Positions 53,016 to 63,909 of a DNA stretch of 64,000 nt are shown piece by piece. A model generated the notes under the pieces. That model saw nothing but the letters and a program-made list of their open reading frames with translations. It had not been told where the DNA came from and ran no database searches. Source of the stretch: Mobula hypostoma (lineage: Eukaryota); assembly GCF_963921235.1 (NCBI RefSeq), contig NC_086108.1, positions 15,128,001-15,192,000 of the forward strand, read 5' to 3'. Position 1 is the stretch's first letter. Every line of letters starts with the position of its first letter. Both the position numbers and the translations under genes were made by a program.

Positions 53016-53439
53016 ATTACCAATTTTAAAGTTAGCAGAAGGAGTGAAATCACTTTCCTGCAAAGATTCCCTAAAATACTGCGATGTTGTTGGAGAGTTA
53101 CTAAAGCATAAACTTTATACTGATCAGAGCATCAAGGTCCGCAAACACAGAGCAGTCAGCAGGAATCTGAAAGGTGGGACGTGTTCAAGGGGCCCAGTTG
53201 TTCTAAAGCCTCCTGTGAAGTCAGGCCAGCCTGCAATAGATTTATTTGCTCACATCTGAGGGGAATTTTCCAACGCATTCGAAGCAGCTGTTTATATAAG
53301 TATGTTAGAGCAGCTCATGGCAAATGGACCCCAAGTCTTCACAGTACTACTTGAGAATATTGTCACCATTACAGCTGCAGGTGAAATTAAAACTGGGCCC
53401 TTAGACTGTTCTAAACTTGCCTTTATTTCCCCTTGGCAG

Positions 53440-53533
53440 ATTATAATCCATATGGAAACCACAGCAGTTGGACAAACTCACCAGCCTCATATTCTCATCA
53501 AAGCTTACATGCTCAGGGACATTTTATTGACAG
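53440..53533 (+). CDS. RC3H1: Roquin-1 coding exon C (phase 1-2)
   Basis: ccttggcag|AT TAT...GAC AG|gtggg, 94 nt. Encodes (D)YNPYGNHSSWTNSPASYSHQSLHAQGHFID(R). Phase matches both neighbours. Confidence 0.88.
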
Positions 53534-53649
53534 GTGGGGAGTTCTAACCTCTTGTAATAACCTGCTGCTTCCCATGCTTCATTACCACCTACCGTTCCAG
53601 GTGGCCCAGTGCAGTAACAACACAGGTGTTGAGAAATTGGAACCATGTG

Positions 53650-53875
53650 AGCAACACACACAAAATGCTGGAGGAACTCAGCAGACCAACGAGTGTCTAG
53701 GAGAAGAGTAGGGTCGATGGTTTAGGTCGAAGGCTTTCGTGAGTCATGCTGAAGGGTTTTGGCCCAAAACGTCGACCCTACTCTTTTCCTAGATGCTGCC
53801 TGGTCTGCTGAGTTCCTCCAGCATTTTGTGTGTGTTGCTTGGATTTCTGGCATCTGCAGATTTTCTCCTGTTTGT
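53650..53875. mobile_element. Fold-back (palindromic) Penelope-type terminal-repeat element
   Basis: 190-bp inverted repeat at 53650-53839 with perfect 39-bp outer arms (agcaacacacacaaaatgctggaggaactcagcagacca). Same family as 51838-52353. Confidence 0.75.
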
Positions 53876-54119
53876 GATTGGAGCCACATGATGTGAGATT
53901 GAAAATGCTTTTGAAGAGCATGTTGGGTGAGTGTTTAGAAGAGAAAGGAGTGACAGAGGAATGCTTAACCTCAAACTGGTTTTGCTGTTTGATTTGTTTA
54001 TTGCTGCTCTGTGACCTAGTCTCCACCTCCTCTATCTACAAATTCCAACCCTCCTCTTCAGCCAAAACCCACCTCAGTCCACCGGTCACCTCTATGTCAC
54101 CAGTCCCCTTCTCTTTATG

Positions 54120-54250
54120 CTGGCTATCTCCTTTCTGCACTCAGTCCCAATGCAGGGTTCCGACCCAAAATGTTTACGCTTTCTTTCACCCCCACAGATG
54201 CTGCTTGCCTAGTTCTTGCAGCAGGTTGTTTGCTAATCCAAATTCCAGCT
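54120..54250 (+). mobile_element. Older, more degenerate copy of the same Penelope-type terminal repeat
   Basis: 'cagtcccaatgcagggttccgacccaaaatgtt...cacagatgctgc...agttcttgcagca' parallels 52251-52345 and 53742-53830. Confidence 0.5.
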
Positions 54251-54344
54251 TTGGTCCATATCCATTAATAGCTTTATTAACAAACTATTGATCTCAGATT
54301 AGTAATTAATTAACAACTTAAACCTAGCTCAGATGAAGTATTCG

Positions 54345-54635
54345 CTACGTCCCTGGGTGAGTGCAGCTCTAACAGTCATCAGGAAACTGAACACCATCCA
54401 AGATAGTGTTATTGCACTTGAGTGAGACCCCATCCACCACCCTAAACATTCACTCCTTCTGTCACTGGTGCATTGTGGCTGCAGTATAGGATGCAAAGTG
54501 GTTTCTGCCCCGACTGTCCCAACAGCACCTCCCTAGCCCACTAAGACACATTAGAGCAGCAGGTGCATGGGAATATAGGTTCCCAACCAAGTCTCACACC
54601 ATCCTGACAACGATCGCTATTACTTTGTTACCAGG
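54345..54635 (+). mobile_element. Decayed LINE 3'-region fragment (CR1/L2 group)
   Basis: 'aaactgaacaccatccaag', 'ccaccaccctaaacattcactcc' and 'cacaccatcctgac' resemble a common elasmobranch LINE end (recognition only). Confidence 0.45.
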
Positions 54636-54931
54636 CGGACTGCAGTATTCCCTCCGAAAGCTTACCTGCAGGTCATTTAATGGCACTAATTGCAGGTTCT
54701 AACAACCGTATCTCCATCTCAGCTGTTGAGTTACAAATCGACAATGAGATCCAAGAGAGTCGACAGGAGCCAAAGAAAAATTGATACCAGCTCAACAGAC
54801 TGGGACTAGGGTATGATCTGAAAGAAATACCAGCTGAGCAGACTGAGACCAGGGTATGATCTGAAACAGCGTCAGGCTTTTCAGACCTGATGAGGTAGTA
54901 TGGGACCCATTCTCAGACCCATAATGCAGAC

Positions 54932-54962
54932 TGTGTGTGTGTGTATGTGTGTGTTTGTGTAT
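54932..54962. repeat. Imperfect (TG)n microsatellite
   Basis: tgtgtgtgtgtgtatgtgtgtgtttgtgt. Confidence 0.85.
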
Positions 54963-55125
54963 GCATGCACATCAGAGGCTGAAGGTGGACGCTCCTCGCT
55001 GTCATACTATTTGAGAAGAATGTGTGCTGATTGTGAGGCTGTCTTTGGTGGGTGGGAGGAGAGGTTGGAGATCCTTTCTTGCCGATATTCCAATGTCGAT
55101 TTATTGTAGTGTTTGTACCACACAG

Positions 55126-55270
55126 AGAGAGGCTGAACGTACAGGAAATGACTCCCCATGGGAAGCACCCTGTGCCCCACATACCTCCAACGGACCGGGA
55201 CCAGCTGAGGCTGGAGCTGCAACAAGTCAACCAGCAGATCAGCCAGCACAGTCAGCTCCGAGGAATGGAG
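55126..55270 (+). CDS. RC3H1: Roquin-1 coding exon D (phase 2-0), first coiled-coil segment
   Basis: cacag|A GAG AGG...ATG GAG|gtatc, 145 nt. Encodes ERLNVQEMTPHGKHPVPHIPPTDRDQLRLELQQVNQQISQHSQLRGME, close to Roquin-1 EREQLRLELQQLNHQISQQTQLRGLE. Confidence 0.92.
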
Positions 55271-55668
55271 GTATCCAAATGTTCCTGCAGCTGAAATATC
55301 TGCACTTTAATCTAAGTGGGGGGGGGGGGGGGCGGTACCATTGACCAGAAGGCATTGTACTGCCCAACCATCAGGGTGTAATTGGATAGGAGAAAGGATC
55401 TCCTGGAAGGGTCAGGAGAGGTATCTGGGCCCAATGAGGGGAAAGGGTGAGTGCTCAGGAGAGTAACTTTGGAGTGGTCAACGGGAAGGGAAGGACAGGA
55501 GAGGGTGGGGAATATGGACAGGAGCTCGAGAAAATCAAGGTAGAAAGACCTTTCGCTAGAGTCTATTCACCTCCCTTCGTCTGTGTCCCTCAAGATCAGG
55601 TGCCATGGGGTGTGAAAAATGGGGAATGTACTGCAGGTTGACATTCTCTTACTCCTCTTGTTCCCTAG

Positions 55669-55824
55669 GTTGCCAGTAGCCCAGTGCTGGGCCAACGAGA
55701 GGTGGGAAGCCTCACCACACAGCAGCACAGTTCCTGGCCCAGTCGAATGTCCAGCGAGCAGCTGAGCTTGGAACTGCACCAGGTGGAGAGGGAGATCGGC
55801 AAGAGGAAGCATGAGCTGGAGACG
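55669..55824 (+). CDS. RC3H1: Roquin-1 coding exon E (phase 0-0), second coiled-coil segment
   Basis: Strong pyrimidine tract, ccctag|GTT...ACG|gtgagt, 156 nt. Contains [19 protein letters not shown], which I recall as identical in mammalian Roquin-1. Confidence 0.94.
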
Positions 55825-56986
55825 GTGAGTGGCCAGGACCTCAGCAGTGAAGCCTTGTCTGAAGATCATAATCCAGGTCAGGCATGGACCTAGGTAGCTC
55901 TTCAAATGTTTCTTCCATGCAATAAGGTCATGTTGAATCCTCAAGTCCACTTCTTGCCCCAGCTCCGTGATCTATTCCAAATGTCAACTGGGGTGTATTT
56001 GGTGTCTATCCATCCAGGGAACCTACAATGCCAGATAAAGGAAAGTTTAAGAGTTAACGTGCAAAGAACAGGGCAACAGTACAAAGCAGCATCACTATGA
56101 CAGAAAGCCACAGAGTATAGAAACAGCTGCAAATCAAGTCAGGGTTTAATGCTGTTCATCTGAATGCAGAATAGGCTAGAAATTAGTGCCTTTTTAAGGC
56201 ATGCAAATTCCTGAAAGGAATGTATAGGCTTGAATCCATAAGGTTGTCACTTCACGATGAATGTGGAAGCATCAAGGTGTTTCCCCTCTGCCCCCACACA
56301 CACGAATGAACGTTGTGAGGCTATTGAGATGGATTTGCCCACTGCTGAAGTGCTGCAGGTGTCTTCTGTTAGATAGGTTCTTGGTTCATGGCTGCATCTC
56401 CAGCCTGTAAACTGTTTGGATTACAAACATAACCCGGGTAGGACCAGTAATTGGCAATTTAGAGCCGATCTCAGGTAAAGTTCCTTTATCTGAGAATTTT
56501 CTCCCACTTCACAGGATTGTCAATGACCTGATGGTTGAGTGTATTCAAGGCAACAATGGATCTTTGGATAACAAGGGAAAGGAAAGATATGAGGATGTGG
56601 TCCCGAGGTAGAGTTTCAACCATGGTGTTTCTGAATGGCAGAACAGGGCCGAATGGACTGACTCCCATCAGTGGAGCGGATTGGCTTTCAGCTAGGCCTC
56701 GGGGCAGCCCTTCACTTTGTCCAGTTGTCTGGATTCAGGTACTGAGTATCAGCTGAACCCCGTTTACTTGGTTTGGATGAATCAGGAGGAGTAGAGACTT
56801 CTTTCTTCTGCATTGGAGAGATCCAGCAGTGTCCCTAAGATCTAGTGTGTATGCTGTATTTTCCACATTATAACATCTCAAATTAATGCTCCTTCCTAAC
56901 CTTACCTTAGGCTGCAACCAGAGCTGTACCATCATGATTGTATTACGTTATCTATCCCAGACAGTCAATTTATGTTTGTTACACAG

Positions 56987-57099
56987 GAAAGTCGACCCTC
57001 ACTGGAAGTGCAGTATAAGCTGGCATCGAGCCATCAGGCAGAGAACGGACAGCCTGAGCAGCAGCACAAGCCCTCAGAGGATCTGCAGCCTTCCCTCAG
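56987..57099 (+). CDS. RC3H1: Roquin-1 coding exon F (phase 0-2)
   Basis: acacag|GAA...CTC AG|gtaac, 113 nt. Encodes ESRPSLEVQYKLASSHQAENGQPEQQHKPSEDLQPSL(S), including the QAENGQPE motif of Roquin-1. Confidence 0.9.
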
Positions 57100-57662
57100 G
57101 TAACACCTAGTTATCAGTGCAGACCATTCTACAACTGATCTTCACAGTGTGTCAGAAACCTCCGCCTCCGTCCTATCCTGCTCCATTTAATGTTTTCTTT
57201 CCCGGAAATCTGCTTTAAAGCAAGACACTTTGACATTTAGTAAGTGCAGCTTTACGCCCTTAGCTTTCAGAATGGAGTAGTCCTGTGTGTGTGAGCAGTC
57301 AACAACCGTGGACACCCAGATACCCCTCTGCTGCATTCTGCTTGTACTGTATCAGATTAGTTAGTCCCATACTTGAGTGACTGCCATAGGTTCAGCCAAC
57401 GTCCTTGCTCTGGACTTGATTGTGGTGCCTTGTGGTCTAATACCCAGTGCGACCCACAGACTGACCTTGTGAACAGTGTGCCCAGTGAAGTGACTACTGT
57501 GCCTGTGTCCAGGCTTGTTGGGATTGACCATGGCGGGGTTAGGGTGCTGCAAACATTTTCTGTAAGGTATTATTTACTGTTGGTTGATGCAGGTCAGATT
57601 CTGGATCCATTTGGATTGTCAGTGTTTTACCCACAGTTGCCTGTGTTAACACTGCGCACATT

Positions 57663-57976
57663 CATAGAAACATAGAAAATAGGTGCAGGAGTAGGCCGTT
57701 CTGCCCTTCGAGCCTGCACCGCCATTTATTATGATCATGGCTGATCATCCAATTCAGAACTCCGCCCCAGCCTTCCCTCCATACCCCCTGACCCCCGTAG
57801 CCACAAGGGCCATATCTAACTCCCTCTTAAATATAGCCAATGAACTGGCCTCAACAGTTTCCTGTAGCAGAGAATTCCACAGATTCACCACTCTCTGTGT
57901 GAAGAAGTTTTTCCTAATCTCGGTCCTAAAAGGCTTCCCCTCTATCCTCAAACTGTGACCCCTCGTTCTGGACTTC
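57663..57976 (-). mobile_element. Young CR1 3'-end copy, same family as 50205-51518, opposite orientation
   Basis: Reverse complement of 51201-51514 with about 7 mismatches in 314 bp (hand count). Possible TSD ttcat at 57661-57665 and 57974-57978. Confidence 0.95.
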
Positions 57977-58074
57977 ATTATGATTGCTGAATATATTGAA
58001 GGGGAGGGGAGGTTTCTTGACAGAAAAGATGTCCAGAAGTATGAGGAGAGAGTGGTAATGAGACTTTAAAATAT

Positions 58075-58350
58075 ACGAGCAAAATAGAATGATTCAGACC
58101 ATTGAGTCTGTTCTGTAATTCAGTCATGGCTAACTATATTCTTCTGCCCTCACCATGTACCCCCCCCCCCCCGCCAATCAAGAGCCATCAATTTCTGTCT
58201 TAAATATACCCAATGACTTGGCCTCCATCACCCACTATCACAACAAATTCCACTGATCCCTCAATCCACCACCCCTCTGGCTGAAGAAATTGTTCCTTAT
58301 TTCAGTTTTAAAGGGGAGTCTCTTTATTCTGAAGCTGTGCCACCTGATCT
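58075..58350 (-). mobile_element. Decayed CR1 3'-end fragment
   Basis: 'tcttaaatatacccaatgacttggcctcca...aaattcca...ccctctggctgaagaaatt' parallels the young copy at 57826-57910. Confidence 0.6.
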
Positions 58351-58639
58351 TGTATTGATGAAGATGGCAGGTGCATCACATCAGGACTAATGAATGGGGA
58401 GCAGGATCTGTGGGCTCTTGTGTTCCTATTCCACTGGAGCTCAGGGTCCTGGAAGAGTTCTTTGTTTGGCTACAGAACTGTCACTGGTCAATGTGGGCTT
58501 CCCCCAAGCCCTTCACAGCTCTCCTTGCCAGCTGTGTAACTATGAAGGCGCATGCTGTGGCAGTGAGGGGCTCAGTATGGCTATGTGATTTTGCACATTC
58601 ATAGGGTAGTGTTATTTCTATTGACATCACTAGCTACAC

Positions 58640-58985
58640 TAGTCAAGCTTATTGTCATTTGCCCGATACAGGTGCAATGAGAAACTAGCAGCAGCTTCAT
58701 AAACAACACATGATGTAGATTATACAAGACAGTCACAAGAGAGGGGAAAAAAGCTGCCTTTGGTCGTAGGAGAATAGCATTCCTGAACCTGTTGCTGTGG
58801 GAAGTCTGATGGCAGCAGTAAGAAGGCGGCAAGATCCATGTAATGGAGATCCTTGATGATAAATACCACCTTCTTGAGGCAGCCTGTCCTGTAGATACTG
58901 TGCCTGTGATCCACTTCTCCCTGCAGCCTCTTGTATGCCTGTGCCAGACCATGATGCAACTACTAGTCAGGACTCTTTCAGCTTG
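58640..58985 (-). mobile_element. Decayed Rex1/Babar-like LINE 3' fragment
   Basis: Starts with 'agtcaagcttattgtcattt', like the tail at 45010-45040. CLKK...IIKD and FRN...P remnants on the minus strand. Confidence 0.45.
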
Positions 58986-59159
58986 GTCAGACAAAGTATG
59001 CTGACCAAAATCCTACCTCAGCTTCCCAATGAACAGAGAGCAGCAGGAGCCTGAACAATGTGAGCAGTTTAGGGCTGAGGATAGGCAACTTGTTAATGTC
59101 ACAGATGCACTCTGTCTATGCTTGAAATGCTAAAACCTTCTCTGTTTCTTGTTGCAAAG

Positions 59160-59301
59160 TGAAAGATGCAAGGTTGGGGCCTCTGGCTTCACTACAGACA
59201 GCTCCGTCAGCGCACTGACCAGCAAAGCCGCCTCTCTCAATCTGGCCCTTGACACAGAGGGAGCAGGGGACCACTGCGACAGCCAACAGAATGGCCTTTA
59301 A
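59160..59301 (+). CDS. RC3H1: Roquin-1 last coding exon G, to the TAA stop
   Basis: Pyrimidine tract then gcaaag|T GAA..., phase 2 matching exon F. Encodes ERCKVGASGFTTDSSVSALTSKAASLNLALDTEGAGDHCDSQQNGL*, similar to the recalled Roquin-1 end (LSNKTSSLNLSEDPEGGGDNNDSQRSG). The acceptor could be 6 nt downstream. Confidence 0.82.
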
Positions 59302-62036
59302 ACGAATGGAGACAGCAACTGTCTTGGACAAGTCCACTCAACATCGTGTTAAAATATACAGCACTGCAAGCAATGGACTTGACACACCACTCATCTAGAT
59401 GCAATGCGTCAAAGTAGCATTGAGTTTTTTCTTGTTGTTGTGTGTGTGTAAACTTTATTTTATTAGCATGCATGCCTTGGCTTGCAAGGCATGGGACATA
59501 TTCTTATGATTACCTGGTTAATCTTAGTGAAGTAATCTCACCTTATGTACCCCAACTTCAGAACTGTGCCTGCAACAGCGCAAGTTATTGAAGTCACATT
59601 CCCATGGGATTCTGAGATGATGTGACGAAGGTCAACGTCACAGATGGAACCTTTTTAGTTCCACCGCAGTGAGGAGCAAATACTTCCGCTAACACATGTA
59701 ATCAAAAGCTGTTACTTTCTGATAGATAGAAGCTCTGACCTCTTCCTTTGAGCAACCTTCCTCAGAAGGTGAGTGAGGAGGGAAGAACCAGTCAGAAAGG
59801 CTTTCACCAAGGGGAAAGTAACACTCTTAAATATTGTTGTTGTATTTACTTTCCACAGGGTGGAAATTAACTAATCCAAGAGCAGCCTAAGAGGAAAGGG
59901 TTACTGCTTTCTGAAAATGAACTTTATTGAAGTTAATGCCTCTCTTTGCTTAGCCCATGTTAACTGCTGAGGAGTAGCCACATCCCAAAGGTCATGGGGT
60001 AGCTGAAAGGTCACGCCTTCTGGTTCCAGTGAGAGGGTGGTCATCCCAAGATCAGACTATCAGGTACCCCATTGAAGAGGAAGCTGGGTGGAGCTCTAGC
60101 TTGTGTGTCTGGACTGACCTGTCAGTGAAGGCAGAGATCTGGGCCATGTTTCTCAAGCCATAGTCTCTGATCGGAGAGGAAGTTGAGCTAAACTTCCAGT
60201 AGAGAGGAGATGAGGCATGAATTCCCAGTGCATGATTGATTTGAGAGATTGGAACCACTGTGGGCTTGAATTGGAGTGATAGGTTTGTGTAAAAAGGGCT
60301 GGGTTGTAAGTCAGAAGGTCTTGGATACAGTGCAGAATTGTTTGCAAGATACTACTATGCTGCAGTGACCTTTCAGTTCCTCTGTGTTGGCTTGTGAAAG
60401 TGGTATGAGATTAGGCCGTCACACAGCTGCACTCCAAGGAACGATATTGTATGTTATCAGTTTTTTTTTTCGGTAAAGCTGTTCAGATAAACCTGAATCA
60501 CAAATGATGGGAAAAAAGCCCCATAAAAAGCAGATTCTGGGTGCCATTCTAAAGGCTTGCTCTTTTTTTTCATATCCGCAGCTAGATTAGACTGAATGGG
60601 TAATTAGTGCTGATTCTCTGGGGCTGGTTGAGTGATGGGTTTGTGAATCCCAGGCCCTGCTTGTGTGGGTCTGATTATAGGATTCCAGTGTAGAGCTGTA
60701 CATATCTGAAACAAAAATGATTAAGCTGTGAAGGCAGGTGCTGGCTGCTTGGTACCTCTGCAGTATATCTCTCTCTCAAAGCTAACCGGGACTAACACTT
60801 TCAGATTGAATCTTGATGGAAAAGATTGTTGGCTGGGAGTGTTATTCAGCTTTATGCAGTTTGTTTTGAAAGATCCTTGTGAAAAATAACATTTAACTAA
60901 TCGTGTACTTTACTACAAATGTTCTTAAGACCATGGAGGCTGGTATAATTTCAAAATGTGCTTCCAAAATCTGTTCTGTTTTATTTCAGACCCAGCTGTG
61001 TTTCTCTGACCTTGTGTGTCTTTTCCTGTTCGACAGTGTTGATCACAGCAGCTTTGCACTGTTGGTTCCGACTAAACTGGGGGGCTAGGACTGCCACCTC
61101 AAAGTGGGGTAGGGACTGACATTAATCGACAAGGGATGTGAGCCTAGCAGTTCCCCAAAGCCTTGGCTTCGATTTGCTTCTCCTCTCCTCTCCCCCCCAC
61201 CCCCCCCATGCGGCCCCTACCATTTCAGTGGAATTGGCCTTGGTCAGTACTTTGCCCACAGGTTAATACCCTTTGTATCTCAGCTAGAACCTTTGCTGTC
61301 AAGGAGGTTATGTCAATAAATCAATATTGTCCTCAAACATTAATGGTAGAGGGTTCACAAAATGATTCCCAAATCCCTGGGAATCAACCTGAAGCTGGAA
61401 GGTGTTCTTAGTCCAGGCAAATGATACTACATCTCTTGTAAGCACTTCCAAATGAGGATTAATTCCTTTCCATCCTCTCCTCCACCTTCTGTATTCAGTC
61501 CTGACGTTGACATAATGTCAGTGATCCCTCCCAAATAAATGCTTCCCCACCTCCCCCAGCTTTAAAGTCTTTTATCTTGCGTCAGATCTCTAGTGTGCAC
61601 TTTGCCCTCGCTGGGCGCCAGTGTGAGTGGGCAAGCTGCCTAAATGAGGATCTGTTGTAGCCTGCTGTAAGGAAAGGGCCATCAGCTCTCACTGAAACAA
61701 CTGATGGGGAGTTTCAGCACTCCCCTGTATTATTTTATGTTGGCTGATTTCTGGTGTAGAGTACTGCCTATTGCAGTGATATTTATTTTCTCAGCTATGT
61801 GATTGTAATTTTGATACTTTTATTAGATATTTTCCTTCAAATCCATGCCAATACTAAGCACTGATATTCAGTCTGCAGTTGTCTGGCCCCACAGTGGCTT
61901 GTGATGGTGTAGAGTGCATGGAGTCACAGTGTGTCAGTGCAGTGGGAGGTGTACCCTTCTGACACTAATGCTGACAAGTCCTTGCCCAGCAGCAGCTTCT
62001 CCCGCTTGCAGTTCCCCATCCTCCATCTTGTCACAA

Positions 62037-62053
62037 TGACTTCTGTGAAGTTG
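62037..62053 (+). promoter_or_regulatory. Candidate constitutive decay element (CDE) tri-loop hairpin
   Basis: tgacTTC-TGT-GAAgttg: UUCYRYGAA core, Py-Pu-Py loop, 5 Watson-Crick pairs plus 2 G-U pairs. Confidence 0.5.
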
Positions 62054-63903
62054 CTTTCTTTGGAAGATCTGCAAACTGCTGACTGGGACACCATCCACGC
62101 TGCTGCCTCCATGCACAGGTACCTGGGCTTTCTGGGGCATTATGGTGGCAGGGGTTGGGGTTGGGAAGTAGTGGAAACAAGTGGTCAGGTGACCCTCAGA
62201 GTGATGCTGATGTCCAGATTACAGAGTGGAGTCCAACCTTTCCATTGAGGATAGGCTAAGTGAGGCGGTGAACTTTATTCATTATTCTGGTACAGCTGAG
62301 TGGTGGTGTTATCTGGGAGAGGAGAGGAAGTGAGGTATCACCTACCCAGGTTTACAGTGAAACCACATCGGGGCCCAGGTGCCCACAGCTTGGTCCTCAC
62401 ATCAAGGCTGATCACAGCAGTCTGTGGTCAGGCCCAGGATTTTCCAAAACACCATTATCTTCAGCCTTCTCCCTGTCCAGCTTATTTTATTCTCCAGGTT
62501 CCAGCCGTGACTCAGTAGCAGTCAGTCGTCAGTCCTATTCACCCCACACCCACCACTCTTGTTTCTGGAGAGCTGTGCCCCTCTCACTTTCCCAAGCCCA
62601 GGTTTACAATCTGCCATATTGCCAGGACAAAGTACTCCTCCGTCTTCCTCATCTATGGGAGTGAATGGGACAAGGTGCCCAACATCTCACCCATATCCTT
62701 CCTGCCTTGCCCTCTTGCCTTTGATCTTACCCGTAATCATTTTGTATCCCGCTGATAATCAGTGAGGGATCAAGAGTGAGCACCCACAAGTTGGAGTCTG
62801 AGTTGGGTATATTGGAATTAGTCCTCTTGGCTGGTGAAACTCAAGACTGGGAGGGTTTGGTTTGGAGAGCATTGGCTTTAACTGTATCCTACACTTCAAC
62901 ATGAAGTATGTTTTATTTAACCCTGCCAATACAGGAAAGCCATCAGCTGGGCATGTTTATGAAAAAGCATGAGTTAGCAACCTCATGCCACCTAGTGTTT
63001 GCGTCGTTGCTAGCCATTTATTGCTAGCTCCTGGGGTGGAAACAGTTTCATTCTTCAGACAGAGCAGTGATAATGTGTGAGATGTATGCCATCAGATTAG
63101 ACTTGTTTGGTGTGGAGAGAACATTACCACCACCAGCACCAGACCATAGGGCAGATTACTGGCAAAACGTCAGGGATCATACCAAGCCATTCATTTATAC
63201 CGGTACATCAGACAGATCAGTACGCAGACTGTCTTGCTTCCAGTCTCTCCATCAAATTCTCTCCTGCAACTTTTCCCCAGCTCTCATTACCCCCCTCTCT
63301 CTCTAAAACATTCAGCCTCCCATACACCATCAATTCATCCTCCCTTCCTCTGCCTTCTCTCCACTCTGTCCCACCCTCTCCTAACACCTAACCTGATCTC
63401 TCTGCCCATTCCCCCCTTGCTTCACCCCTCACCCTTCGCTCCAAACCCTTTCACCCTCACAACAGCTCCTTCCCACTTGCTCCAGCTCTTCACCGCTCAT
63501 GCTCCCCTGCCTGCAGGTTCTAGTGAGGGTCAGAGTGTATGGGAGAGGTTGCGCTCCACTTTGTACCCCGTGTGCTGCAGACAGTGGGCAATGATGTTCC
63601 TGGGGTGAGTTGGACTAATGCCCTGCCTGTAAACCCTGGCCGTTTCACCCACCTGTAGCACATGCTGGGGGCAGCCGCTGTGTCTACCCTGTACTTTGCT
63701 CTGAGCTCCTGCTCTCTGTTCAGAGGCCTACCATTATTTGGTGCTGCCAGAGGTCCTGTGGAGAGAGTGCACGATGGGTGCCCTGAGCATGTAACATTGT
63801 TAGAAGAAGAGCCCCAGAAACCACCTGATGTCGATCCTCGTGCAGAGAGTATTGCCTTCTCACACATCAGCTTGTTTAGTTTTCTTAAATTAAGGTAAAA
63901 AAA

Positions 63904-63909
63904 AATAAA
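63904..63909 (+). terminator. Candidate distal polyadenylation signal
   Basis: AATAAA followed by T/GT-rich sequence. No transcript evidence. Confidence 0.3.

Noticed and set aside
55631..55640. Upstream ctgcag|gtt acceptor for exon E
   Set aside because: It adds 32 nt out of frame and lacks a pyrimidine tract. The site at 55669 fits the phase and the homology.
61507..61521. Hairpin ttgaca-taa-tgtcag as a second CDE
   Set aside because: The UAA loop is not Py-Pu-Py and it lacks the UC/GA closing pairs.
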